Shown in pieces: positions 1-9,216 of a stretch of DNA of 64,000 nt; the stretch's first letter is position 1; each line of letters begins with the position of its first letter. The DNA is from Candidatus Daviesbacteria bacterium (lineage in GTDB: Bacteria > Patescibacteriota > Microgenomatia > Daviesbacterales > UBA10151), in contig JACPDA010000004.1 in the NCBI GenBank assembly GCA_016184225.1, forward strand, positions 208,372-272,371, written 5' to 3'. The position numbers and the translations under genes were made by a program. The notes under the pieces are model-generated. The model did no database searches. It was not told where the DNA came from and saw only the letters and a program-made list of their open reading frames with translations.

Positions 1-96
1 AATCCTTCAAAGCAAGAAAAACAACTCTATGAAGAATTAAAAAATTTATCCTCCCCGCCTGGCGGCGAGGCAAGCAAGAAAAAAGGCTGGTTTTAG
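1..96 (+). CDS. 3' end of an upstream ORF (partial, product unknown; occupies the slot where rimP often precedes nusA)
   Basis: Open frame from window position 1 to TAG at 94-96 (..EELKNLSSPPGGEASKKKGWF*); no recognisable motif. Confidence 0.3.
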   Translation, partial: NPSKQEKQLYEELKNLSSPPGGEASKKKGWF

Positions 97-188
97 CTCT
101 AGCTTGACTTCAAGTTGGCATAAGAGTTAGAATATGCCTGGTTAATATTCAAGAGGACCTGAAGGTGGGCTAGTCCCACCTTTTTAAT

Positions 189-257
189 AGGCAACAGGCA
201 TCAGGTTACAGGCAACAGATAAAAACACTGTAGCCTAAAGCCTGTCGCCTGTAACCT
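189..257 (+). repeat. CAGGCAACAG-family repeat forming an approximately 16-bp hairpin (AGGTTACAGGCAACAG / CTGTCGCCTGTAACCT) ending 8 nt before the nusA ATG
   Basis: Direct reading; related heptamer copies in rplC (38359-38393) and map (50185-50217). Confidence 0.5.
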
Positions 258-264
258 AACTAAA

Positions 265-1653
265 ATGGCACAAGCACGAACAGAATTTGCAGCTGCTCTA
301 AATCAAATAGCCTCTGAAAAAGGGGTAGAAGTTGAAGTGGTTTTAGATGCCATCAGAGTGGCTGCTTTGGCTGCCTATAAGAAAGATTTGATGCTTAGAA
401 ATGAGCCTGTTCCGGAAGACTTTGAAGAATTTACTTCGGCAGTTGATCCTGCTTCTGGTGAAATTTCCATTTTCCATGGCAAAGATAACGTAACCCCCCC
501 GGGATTTGCCCGCATTGCCGCCTCTATTGCCAAACAGGTCATTATGCAAAGGCTTAATGAGGCGGAAAGAGGAACTATTTTGGCAGAATACGAGGGTAAA
601 GTCGGCACTGTTATTTCAGGCAGCATTCAAAGGCAGGAAGGCAACACCTTTTTTATAGATTTAGGCCGGGCTGAAGGAGTATTGCCCCCATCTGAGCAAG
701 TCCACAGCGAAATGTATCATCAAAACCAGAGACTCAAGTTTTTGGTTAAAGAAATACGGGAAGGCGGCAGAGGGTCTGAGGTGGTGGTTTCCCGGTCTGA
801 TCCAAGTTTAGTGAAAGCGCTGTTTGCCCTGGAAGTGCCGGAAATTCAATCAGGCGCTGTGGAAATTAAAGTAATTGCCCGGGAAGCCGGTTCTAGAACT
901 AAAATTGCCGCTATTTCTACCCAGGATGGGGTTGATCCGGTGGGCAGTTTAGTCGGGCAAAAAGGAGTCAGGGTACAGGCTGTAATTGGTGAACTGAGTG
1001 AGGAAAAAATTGATATTATCAGCTACTCTGAAGATCCGGCCAGGTTTATTGCAGCGGCACTGTCTCCGGCCAAAGATATTCAGGTTAGGTTAAACGAAGA
1101 AGGCAAGATTGCCACAGTAACAGTTCCTCAAAGCCAACTTTCTCTGGCTATTGGTAAAGGCGGGCAAAATGTCAGGTTAGCAGCTAAACTGACCGGCTGG
1201 AAGATTGATATAGAAGGAGCAGAAGAGCCGGAAACTGCTAAAGAAGATGTCATTCTGGGGAGTGAAGCGACTCCAGAATCTGAAAAGAAGGATTCTGGAC
1301 AAGTCCCGATGGAATCGAGGACACTCGACAGAGTCGGTGCCAGAATGACAGAAGATGGCACTGGCGAGAAAAAGGAGGAGCCGACTACTGCTCCGGCCCA
1401 AGCGACACCGGCTGATGATACGAAAGTTGCACAGCCAGAAAAGAAACAGGCAAAAGAAGCGATAGAAAAGGAAGTTTCTGAAGCTGAGGAAAATGCAGCA
1501 ACCACAGAAGACAAAGAAGCAGCAGAAGAAGCAGGAGAGGTTTTAGAAAAAGCAGTTGAGGCAGAAAACCCAGAGCAGGAGAAACAACAATTAGAAGAAG
1601 CAGTTGGAGAGACAAAGGAAGCGAAAACTGAAACAGAAAAAACAAAGGAATAG
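265..1653 (+). CDS. nusA: Transcription termination/antitermination factor NusA with long acidic E/K/T/A-rich C-terminal tail
   Basis: S1 and KH regions (GKGGQNVRLAAKLTGWKIDIE); followed by infB as in the conserved nusA-infB operon. Confidence 0.9.
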   Translation: MAQARTEFAAALNQIASEKGVEVEVVLDAIRVAALAAYKKDLMLRNEPVPEDFEEFTSAVDPASGEISIFHGKDNVTPPGFARIAASIAKQVIMQRLNEAERGTILAEYEGKVGTVISGSIQRQEGNTFFIDLGRAEGVLPPSEQVHSEMYHQNQRLKFLVKEIREGGRGSEVVVSRSDPSLVKALFALEVPEIQSGAVEIKVIAREAGSRTKIAAISTQDGVDPVGSLVGQKGVRVQAVIGELSEEKIDIISYSEDPARFIAAALSPAKDIQVRLNEEGKIATVTVPQSQLSLAIGKGGQNVRLAAKLTGWKIDIEGAEEPETAKEDVILGSEATPESEKKDSGQVPMESRTLDRVGARMTEDGTGEKKEEPTTAPAQATPADDTKVAQPEKKQAKEAIEKEVSEAEENAATTEDKEAAEEAGEVLEKAVEAENPEQEKQQLEEAVGETKEAKTETEKTKE

Positions 1654-1685
1654 TATGGTAACGTTATTAACCATACCAAAAAATT

Positions 1686-3176
1686 ATGGCAGAACAAACA
1701 CGACCACCAATAGTTACAATCCTGGGCCATGTTGATCATGGTAAAACTACCCTACTTGATTTTATCCGTAAATCCTCGGTAGCTACCAAGGAACACGGTG
1801 GAATTACCCAACACATTGGGGCTTACCAAATAGAAGTGCAAAGCGAAAAGGGCAAAGTGCAAAGTGGACTTAACACTCAGCACTCCTCACTTATCACTTT
1901 TATTGATACCCCCGGGCATGCCGCCTTTGAAAAAATGCGCTCCCGCGGCGCGAATGTGGCTGATATTGCTATTTTGGTGGTGGCGGCAGATGACGGGATT
2001 ATGCCGCAGACTATTGAAGCTATTAAACATATCCAGGAGGCTAAAGTATCAATGATTGTGGCAGTTAACAAGATTGATTTGAGTGGAATTGACCAAAATA
2101 TCCAGCTGGCCAAGATCAAAAAGCAATTGTCTGACCAAAAAATCAATCTGGAAGAATACGGCGGGGACGTGCCGCTGCTGCCTCTTTCGGCCAAAACCGG
2201 AGAAGGGGTGGATAAACTTTTGGAGATGATACTTTTAGTCTCAGAGATGCATGAGTTAAAAGGCGACCCGGCACTTCCGCCAGCCGGGGTCATTATTGAA
2301 GCTATGCTGGATAAATTCAAAGGGCCGATTGCCACTATTTTAATCAGGAATGGCACTTTGAAAAAAGGAGATCAAATAGAAGTGGGCGAAATTAAAAGTA
2401 AGGTCCGGGGGATGTTTGATTTTAGTGGTAAACCAGTAGATTCAGCCGGGCCGTCAACTCCGGTGGAGGTGTTAGGTTTGGAAGCAGTGCCGGTTGTGGG
2501 GGCAGTTTTAGGGGAGTTGGCTGAGGTAAAAGAGGCGGAGGTAATACAATCTCTGGTAGAGAAGTTACAACAAGGTGACACTAAAACCCTGAAGGTGATT
2601 ATCAAAGCTGATAAACAAGGGTCGCTAGAGGCAATTCAAACTTCTTTAGAAAAATTTAATGCAGAGCGAAAAGTAGTTGATTATATTTCTACCGGAACAG
2701 GAGATATTGGGGAAGAAAACATTAAACTGGCCGCCTCGGTGGGAGCAATTGTGATTGGATTTAATGTCAAAGTTGCCTCAAATGCCCAAAAAATGGCTGA
2801 GAATGAACATGTGCTGATTAGAACTTACAATATTATTTATGAACTGCTGGAGGATGTAGAGGAAGTGGTCAATACTTTGCTTGAAGTGGGGCAGTTGGAA
2901 GAAGTTTTAGGGAAGGCCAATATTATTGCTGAGTTTCCTCACGGCAAAACCGAGAAAATTGCCGGGTGCCGGATGACAGAAGGGACAATTGCCAAAGGGC
3001 AAAAGATCAGAATTGTGCGGGAGGGAGTGCTGATCGGTGAAACTAAGCTTAAATTTTTGAAAAAGGTGAAAGAGGAAGTTAATAAGGTGGAAAAAGGTAA
3101 TGATTGCGGCATGCTCTTTGACCCGCCGATGGATTTTCAAATTGGAGACACCGTGGAATCATTTAGAGTGATTTGA
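1686..3176 (+). CDS. infB: Translation initiation factor IF-2 (short form, G domain at N-terminus)
   Basis: G1 [22 protein letters not shown] motifs; position after nusA. Confidence 0.9.
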   Translation: MAEQTRPPIVTILGHVDHGKTTLLDFIRKSSVATKEHGGITQHIGAYQIEVQSEKGKVQSGLNTQHSSLITFIDTPGHAAFEKMRSRGANVADIAILVVAADDGIMPQTIEAIKHIQEAKVSMIVAVNKIDLSGIDQNIQLAKIKKQLSDQKINLEEYGGDVPLLPLSAKTGEGVDKLLEMILLVSEMHELKGDPALPPAGVIIEAMLDKFKGPIATILIRNGTLKKGDQIEVGEIKSKVRGMFDFSGKPVDSAGPSTPVEVLGLEAVPVVGAVLGELAEVKEAEVIQSLVEKLQQGDTKTLKVIIKADKQGSLEAIQTSLEKFNAERKVVDYISTGTGDIGEENIKLAASVGAIVIGFNVKVASNAQKMAENEHVLIRTYNIIYELLEDVEEVVNTLLEVGQLEEVLGKANIIAEFPHGKTEKIAGCRMTEGTIAKGQKIRIVREGVLIGETKLKFLKKVKEEVNKVEKGNDCGMLFDPPMDFQIGDTVESFRVI

Positions 3177-3201
3177 CTTTTTAAGCCTGTAGGATTAGAA
3201 T
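3173..3201 (+). promoter_or_regulatory. sigma70-like promoter TTGACT-17-TAGAAT, 9 nt before the ATG of the 3211 gene
   Basis: TTGACT at 3173-3178, 17-nt spacer, TAGAAT at 3196-3201. Confidence 0.5.
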
Positions 3202-3210
3202 CTGCTTGTT

Positions 3211-4005
3211 ATGTCAGCTGAAGCACCAAAAGTACAAGATGCAGATGTTAGAAGAGCAGCAAGGTCACGTTTGCAACCGGAAGGGAATTGGATGGGACGG
3301 GCTTATTCACTCAATAGAATTTTTGATGGTCTCAATTCACGTCTTGATAATGGTGATATTGATGGGTTTTTAAGATTAAATAAGTTAGCTGTTCACAGAA
3401 TTACTTCATACTGGCTGCCTATTGCCAAATTTTTTATCATGGCTAAAACACCATGGTACCTTATAGAACCACGTATACTTTATTCCAGTTATTCTTATCG
3501 AGATCGAGATGGTAAGGTGGATCTTTCTTGTATGACTGCTCGTTCAACTGATAGGCAAGCAGGAAGCAAATTTATGAGGCGGGTTATTACAGATGACGGG
3601 TTGCAGGAGGACAACTGTAGAATTAAGACTTGGGTAGAAGAGGGTGGTCAACTTTACAACCCAGAAACTTGGCTTGTGATGGATATAGAACAGAGATGTA
3701 CAATTCCTCCAGACAGCTATGGTTTTTTTATTGGCATTAATAACTACAAAGGAGGGTTATTACAGGAAATAGTTAGAACACCGGGTCTGAAAGGATGGGA
3801 TTTGGTAACAGCATTAGGGATCTTCAGAGGGGAATTATCACCAGAGAAACTAGTAAGAATACCGCCTCCGGTAGAAGGAATTAGGGTGGTGGGAGCTGGT
3901 GTTTATGGCTCTGGCGAACCAAATGAGGTACATCAAAAAGGACTCAGAGATGGTATGTATCTAATACCTAGAGAACAATTTTCCCAATATTTCCCTCCTG
4001 CTTGA
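3211..4005 (+). CDS. Hypothetical protein (264 aa, Trp-rich, no recognised domain) occupying the usual rbfA/truB slot
   Basis: Long ORF with its own promoter; GLNSRLDNGDIDG segment loosely resembles a pol-beta NTase G-x9-DxD motif (weak). Confidence 0.5.
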   Translation: MSAEAPKVQDADVRRAARSRLQPEGNWMGRAYSLNRIFDGLNSRLDNGDIDGFLRLNKLAVHRITSYWLPIAKFFIMAKTPWYLIEPRILYSSYSYRDRDGKVDLSCMTARSTDRQAGSKFMRRVITDDGLQEDNCRIKTWVEEGGQLYNPETWLVMDIEQRCTIPPDSYGFFIGINNYKGGLLQEIVRTPGLKGWDLVTALGIFRGELSPEKLVRIPPPVEGIRVVGAGVYGSGEPNEVHQKGLRDGMYLIPREQFSQYFPPA

Positions 4006-4030
4006 AATTATGGGCTAGTGGTGGTAGAAT
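4002..4030 (+). promoter_or_regulatory. sigma70-like promoter TTGAAA-17-TAGAAT upstream of the 4043 gene
   Basis: TTGAAA 4002-4007, 17-nt spacer, TAGAAT 4025-4030, 12 nt to ATG. Confidence 0.5.
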
Positions 4031-4042
4031 CGCTCTACTTAA

Positions 4043-5053
4043 ATGAAATACGATTCACAGCTTGCGGAACTTAAAAATCTTTTACCTTCTGCTAAAAACA
4101 TTTTAATCGCCATTCCGACCGGTGCTGATGTAGACAAACTGGCAGCCGGGTTGGCTTTATTTTTAGCCTTTGAGGTAGCTGGTAAGCAGGTTAGTATAGT
4201 CTCTGATGATGCGATGCTGGTTTCCCACACCCATCTTTTTGGAGTGGACCATGTTCAAAAAACCCTTCCTTCCACCGATGGTGGAAACTTAACTTTAACT
4301 TTGGAAGGGGTGGCTGCATCTGACGGGACAGTGCCGGCTTTGGAAAAGCTGGATTGGTTTGCGGAAAACAATAATTTAAACCTGGTCTTTCATGTCTTAC
4401 CTAACCAAACATTCCAACCGGCCCGCATAATCCCCCGCTACCAGGGTTCCGGATTTAACTTAATCTTTACGGTGGGGGCAGCTAATTTGAACGCATTGGG
4501 AAGTATTTATTCAGCCAACAGCCAAGCTTTTTCCGGCACCCATATTGTTAATATAGATATTCAGTCTGCTAATACCAGTTTTGGCCAGACTAATGTTTTA
4601 GATGCCCAAGCTTCTTCTTTATCAGAGGTGGTCAGTTTGGTTATTACGGATCTGGGTTTTATTCTAGATTCAGACAGCGCCAGCAATATCCTGGCCGGGA
4701 TTTTTGATGCCACTAATAATTTATTTGATCCTAAAGTGACGGCTGATACTTATGTGGCAGTAGCTAATTGTCTCCGGGTGGGAGGCAAAAAGCCATCCTC
4801 TGTTCAGGCTGCGGAGGTTATGCCGCAAAGTCCGCAGCATGTGATAACTCAAGCTCAACCGGCTTATGACTGGAATGCTGTTTCTGCGGCCATTGGCCAA
4901 AATGTGCCTCCGAAATATACTGTGCCTCCGGTTGTAGTTTCTGACTCCCAACCTTCACCGGAAGAGCGACCGCTTGAAGAAGGTGTAGTTTCCGAGACAG
5001 TTGAACCGGAATGGCTGACCCCCAAAATCTTCAAAGGCACTTCACTAGGATAA
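4043..5053 (+). CDS. DHH/DHHA1-like (NrnA/CnpB-like) phosphoesterase domain protein with divergent catalytic motifs
   Basis: N-terminal ILIAIPTGADVDKLAAGLAL resembles DHH motif I (DxD) region, VDHVQ in place of DHH, VGGKK in place of GGGH; nrnA-like genes are known to neighbour rbfA in other bacteria. Confidence 0.4.
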   Translation: MKYDSQLAELKNLLPSAKNILIAIPTGADVDKLAAGLALFLAFEVAGKQVSIVSDDAMLVSHTHLFGVDHVQKTLPSTDGGNLTLTLEGVAASDGTVPALEKLDWFAENNNLNLVFHVLPNQTFQPARIIPRYQGSGFNLIFTVGAANLNALGSIYSANSQAFSGTHIVNIDIQSANTSFGQTNVLDAQASSLSEVVSLVITDLGFILDSDSASNILAGIFDATNNLFDPKVTADTYVAVANCLRVGGKKPSSVQAAEVMPQSPQHVITQAQPAYDWNAVSAAIGQNVPPKYTVPPVVVSDSQPSPEERPLEEGVVSETVEPEWLTPKIFKGTSLG

Positions 5054-5146
5054 ACAGTTGCATCTTCTTTAATTTTCTGTTACAATACGCCCAAACCAAA
5101 TTTAGGACGACTTTGGCATCAAAGTTGTTCCAAAGAAAGGGTTACG

Positions 5147-5416
5147 ATGCCACTTGATCCAAAGATTAAGCAAAAAATTATTAAAGAGTTTGCCACCAAG
5201 TCCGGTGATACAGGTTCCCCTGAAGTGCAGGTGGCACTTTTAACAGAGCAGATCAAAAACTTAAGCGACCATTTAAAAGAACACCCACACGATATTCATT
5301 CCCGCCGCGGACTTTTGTCAATGGTTAACAAGCGCCGCAGGTTGCTTCAGTATTTATTCAAAAAAGAGACTGATAGATATAGTGTGGTTATTGAGAAATT
5401 GGGATTATCCAAGTGA
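5147..5416 (+). CDS. rpsO: 30S ribosomal protein S15
   Basis: 89 aa, conserved S15 sequence (..[30 protein letters not shown]..); precedes pnp. Confidence 0.9.
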   Translation: MPLDPKIKQKIIKEFATKSGDTGSPEVQVALLTEQIKNLSDHLKEHPHDIHSRRGLLSMVNKRRRLLQYLFKKETDRYSVVIEKLGLSK

Positions 5417-5595
5417 TTGTGGTATACTAATTAAGTAAGACCCGCCTGCATCGCTATGCGAAGCATTGCGGGCAGGGAGATTTGGGGATTGTAAAGAGTT
5501 AGGTAGTCATCAGCTATCAGTCGTCCCGATTGAATCGGGACAGCTGAAGACTGAGAGCTAATTACCTCTTACCCAGTTTCCAAATCCTCCATTTT

Positions 5596-5672
5596 AAGAG
5601 TCTAGAATCGAGAATCTAGAGTCAAGGGAAGAAATTAATTTCCCAGACTCTTGACTCTAGCGACTAGTCACT
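5596..5672 (+). repeat. Heptamer array (N)AGAGTC x4 (5596-5628) plus complementary 20-nt box GACTCTAGCGACTAGTCACT (5653-5672) ending 4 nt before the pnp ATG; hairpin-forming intergenic element
   Basis: AGAGTC/GACTCT are reverse complements; same two-part element recurs at 43315-43424, 46605-46690 and 50906-50970. Confidence 0.6.
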
Positions 5673-5676
5673 ATTT

Positions 5677-8043
5677 ATGCATAAAGTTATTACCAAAGAA
5701 ATCGACCTTAATGGTCGAAAACTAAAATTAGAAACAGGTAAACTGGCTCTGCAAGCAGATGCATCTGTGGTGGTTTCATGGGGAGAAACAGTCATTTTAG
5801 CAACTGTGGCCACGCAACCTTTGGCTGAAGATATTGGTTATTTTCCTCTTTCTGTAGAATATGTGGAAAAACACTATGCCGGCGGCCGAATCTCCTCTTC
5901 CAGGTTTATCAAAAGAGAAACTAAACCGACAGATGAGGCTGTGTTAACCGGTAGGTTAATCGACCGCTCCATTCGTCCCCTTTTCCCCAAAGAGTTTAAA
6001 AATAACGAAGTGCAGGTGATTCTAACGGTTTTATCTGTTGATCAGGCTAATGATCCGGATATTGTCGGTTTAATCGGGGCTTCAACTGCACTGTCTATTT
6101 CATCTGTGCCTTGGGACGGGCCGATTGCCGGAGTGCGGGTAGGAGAAAAAGAAGGGAAACTGATGGTCAACCCCACCATGGAAGAGATGGAGAAATTGAA
6201 TATGGATCTTTTGGTAGCGTGCGGTAGCGAAAAAGTAGTCATGATAGAAACTGCCAGTAAGCAAGTTGACGAAAAAATAGTCTTTGCCGGAATTAAAGAA
6301 GCCCACACCGCAGTAGCGCCAATAATTGTTTTAATAGAGGAATTCGTTAAAGAAGCCGGTAAAGAAAAATTGCCCATTTCCCATTTGGCTGAGGAGATAG
6401 AGGAAGCTTTAATTTCCGAGGTGACAAAAATTACCAAAGAAAGAATTGAAGCAGCGCTTTTTGATAATGAGCATCCCTGGCATGAAGCCACCGGCGAGAG
6501 AATCAAGAAAGAACTGGTTCTTCAGTATGCAGAAACTTTAACCCCCCAAATCATTGCCGGAATTTTTGATAAAGTGGCTAAAGAAATTGTGCATGAGAGT
6601 GTTCTTGAGAAAGGTAAAAGGGTGGATGGCCGGGGCATGGATGAGATCAGGCCGCTTCAGATGGAAGTAGGAATTTTGCCTAGGACACACGGCAGCGCCC
6701 TATTTAACCGCGGGGATACGCAGGTTCTATCTGTCGTTACTTTAGGTGCTCCTTCCTTGAAGCAAACTCTGGACGGCATGGAAGGGGAGAGGGAAAAAAG
6801 GTTTATGCATCACTACAACATGGGTATTAATCCTTTTTCCGTGGGAGAAGTTAAAAGATTAGGTCCGCCCAACAGACGTGATATCGGTCACGGAGCGTTA
6901 GCTGAAAAAGCTATTTCCGCAGTTGTTCCTTCTGAAGAGAGTTTTCCTTATGCCATCAGAGTCGTATCTGAAGTCTTAGCAGCTAATGCTTCTACTTCAA
7001 TGGCTTCTGTTTGTGCTACTACTTTAGCCCTTCTAAATGCCGGAGTTCCACTTTTTGAGCCGGTGGCAGGTATTGCTTTGGGACTATTTTCAAATAAGAA
7101 AAAATTCCAGGTAGTGGCTGACATGAGGGCGGTTGAGGATTTTTATGGTGAGATGGATTTTAAGGTGGCCGGAACTAAAAACGGTATTACCGCTATCCAA
7201 ATGGATACCAAGCTTTCAGGACTCTCTTTTGAAATTATCGAGACTGCTTTGGAGATGGGGAAAAAAGCCAGACTGGAAATTTTGGAAAAGATGGCAACAG
7301 TTATGCCCAATGTCGGCCCTCTTTCACCATATGCTCCCAGAGTGGAAACATTGCATATTAAACCGGAAGAGATCGGGCTTTTGATCGGGCCGGGCGGCAA
7401 GAATATTAATGCCATTATCGGAAGAACCGGGGCCCAAATTGATATTGAAGATGACGGGACAGTGATGGTGTCCGGAACAGATTCCAGTGGGGTAGATAAA
7501 GCCATTGCGGAAATCGAAGGCATGTTTAAAACCGTTAATGTCGGGGATGAGTTCACCGGAAAAGTGGTCAGACTCGTACCTTTCGGGGCTTTTGTGGAGA
7601 TTGCTCCTGGTAAAGACGGATTAGTTCATATTTCCCAAATGGCACCGGGCCATGTGGAGCAGGCAGAAGATGTGGTGTCTGAAGGACAAGAAGTGAAAGT
7701 TCGGGTAACCGATGTTTCACCTGATGGAAAAGTCGGATTATCAATGCTTTTTGGGGCGGATATTAAGCCTGAATCAGAAGGACGTCCTTCTGGTGGAGGC
7801 TTCAGGCCAAGAAGCGGGGGATTTAGGCCAAGACCTTCTTTTGGGGATAGACCCAGATCATCAAGTGGTGGCTATAGATCAGGTGGATTTGGCGGAGAAA
7901 GAAGCAGTGGTCCAAGACGCCCCTTTGGAGACAGACCACGAAGTGGTGGTTTTGACAGAGGTGGATCCGGGAGGTCAGGTGGATTCGACAGAGGCCGTGG
8001 CGGTGGACGAGACCGTGGTGGCCGCGGTGGATTTAACAGATAA
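5677..8043 (+). CDS. pnp: Polynucleotide phosphorylase (PNPase) with about 90-aa RGG/RG-rich C-terminal tail
   Basis: Two RNase PH domains, KH and S1 motifs; tail GGFRPRSGGFRPRP..GRGGGRDRGGRGGFNR; rpsO-pnp synteny. Confidence 0.9.
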   Translation: MHKVITKEIDLNGRKLKLETGKLALQADASVVVSWGETVILATVATQPLAEDIGYFPLSVEYVEKHYAGGRISSSRFIKRETKPTDEAVLTGRLIDRSIRPLFPKEFKNNEVQVILTVLSVDQANDPDIVGLIGASTALSISSVPWDGPIAGVRVGEKEGKLMVNPTMEEMEKLNMDLLVACGSEKVVMIETASKQVDEKIVFAGIKEAHTAVAPIIVLIEEFVKEAGKEKLPISHLAEEIEEALISEVTKITKERIEAALFDNEHPWHEATGERIKKELVLQYAETLTPQIIAGIFDKVAKEIVHESVLEKGKRVDGRGMDEIRPLQMEVGILPRTHGSALFNRGDTQVLSVVTLGAPSLKQTLDGMEGEREKRFMHHYNMGINPFSVGEVKRLGPPNRRDIGHGALAEKAISAVVPSEESFPYAIRVVSEVLAANASTSMASVCATTLALLNAGVPLFEPVAGIALGLFSNKKKFQVVADMRAVEDFYGEMDFKVAGTKNGITAIQMDTKLSGLSFEIIETALEMGKKARLEILEKMATVMPNVGPLSPYAPRVETLHIKPEEIGLLIGPGGKNINAIIGRTGAQIDIEDDGTVMVSGTDSSGVDKAIAEIEGMFKTVNVGDEFTGKVVRLVPFGAFVEIAPGKDGLVHISQMAPGHVEQAEDVVSEGQEVKVRVTDVSPDGKVGLSMLFGADIKPESEGRPSGGGFRPRSGGFRPRPSFGDRPRSSSGGYRSGGFGGERSSGPRRPFGDRPRSGGFDRGGSGRSGGFDRGRGGGRDRGGRGGFNR

Positions 8044-8098
8044 ACTATTGATTATCCTCTTGGGAAATTGTGAGCTATAAGGTAAAATAGGTAGCAGG

Positions 8099-9133
8099 AT
8101 GGATTCTGCCCGGGTCAGTGTTGAACAGTTAAAAATAAAAATTTCTCAAGCGGGTCTTCCCAAAGAAATTGAAGAGAAGCTTCTTAACATTCTGCAATTT
8201 AGTGGTCCGCCAACTGGCGGAGGTGCAGAGCTGGCCAGCTTAATTTCTTATGTGGAATTTGTCCTTGCCCTGCCGTTTAACAAGTATTCCCAGGATATTC
8301 TAGATATCAACCGGACTAAACAAATCCTGGATAAAAACCACTATGGTTTGCAATCAGTTAAAGACCGGATTTTGGAATATTTATCAGTGTTGATTTTACA
8401 CAAACAAAGCGGCCAGGAAAACGACTTTCATGCACCAATACTGGCGTTTATCGGTTTAGTGGGAACCGGTAAAACTTCCCTGGCTTACTCAATAGCAGAA
8501 AGTCTGGGACGGCCACTCATAAGGATTCCCTTTGGCGGCTTGGGAGACCCGGCCAGTTTACGCGGTCAATCCAGGCTTAGACCGGACAGTGAACCAGGGC
8601 AAATCATCAAAGCCATCCAGGCTGCCAAAGTTTCAAGTCCTGTTATACTGTTAGATGAAATAGATAGGGTGGCAGTTGAACATAGGGTGGATATTATGGG
8701 GGTATTGGTAGAGCTTTTAGATCCTGCTCAAAATCAGGCCTTTCTGGATCACTACTTAGATTTCCCATACGACCTATCACAGGTGTTATTTATTGCCACT
8801 GCCAATAATACCGGTAACATTGCCACAGCAGTTTTAGACAGACTTGAGCCAATTGTGATGCCTTCTTACTCAGACGGCGAAAAGCTGGTAATTGGCAGGG
8901 ATTATCTGTTGCCTAAAACTTTGAAAGAATCAGGTGTTGATCCAGGCTCATTGACTATTGATCAGACAACCTGGCCTCAGATTCTGCGGCCTTTAGGCTT
9001 TGATTCAGGAATTAGGTCCCTGTCACGTTCATTACAAACTATTTGCAGAAAAGTGGCCAGGAAAAAAGTGGAAGGAGAAGTCGGGCCATTTAGGATTACA
9101 GGCGAGAACCTAGGAGAGTACTTGGGAGGATGA
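8099..9133 (+). CDS. Lon-family AAA+ ATPase module only (no N-terminal LAN domain, no protease domain)
   Basis: Collinear with Lon residues about 230-600: DKNHYGL..VKDRILEYL, Walker A GLVGTGKTS, Walker B ILLDEID, sensor region ..LLDRLE..; ORF ends where the Lon protease domain would begin. Confidence 0.7.
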   Translation: MDSARVSVEQLKIKISQAGLPKEIEEKLLNILQFSGPPTGGGAELASLISYVEFVLALPFNKYSQDILDINRTKQILDKNHYGLQSVKDRILEYLSVLILHKQSGQENDFHAPILAFIGLVGTGKTSLAYSIAESLGRPLIRIPFGGLGDPASLRGQSRLRPDSEPGQIIKAIQAAKVSSPVILLDEIDRVAVEHRVDIMGVLVELLDPAQNQAFLDHYLDFPYDLSQVLFIATANNTGNIATAVLDRLEPIVMPSYSDGEKLVIGRDYLLPKTLKESGVDPGSLTIDQTTWPQILRPLGFDSGIRSLSRSLQTICRKVARKKVEGEVGPFRITGENLGEYLGG

Positions 9134-9216
9134 GATAAGGGATATTGGGATATAAAGATATTACGAGAAAAACCACTTAATATCCTAGTATCATAATATC
9201 CTATCTCGATTCATTT

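Noticed and set aside
1128-1739. 203-aa minus-strand ORF (and the 1177-1401 and 1385-1645 ORFs) antisense to the nusA tail and infB start
   Set aside because: Low-complexity S/A/F-rich translation produced by reading the E/K-rich nusA tail in reverse; overlaps two well-supported genes
7712-8080. 122-aa + strand ORF overlapping the pnp 3' end in another frame
   Set aside because: Artefact of the repetitive GC-rich RGG-tail coding sequence; pnp frame is clearly the real one
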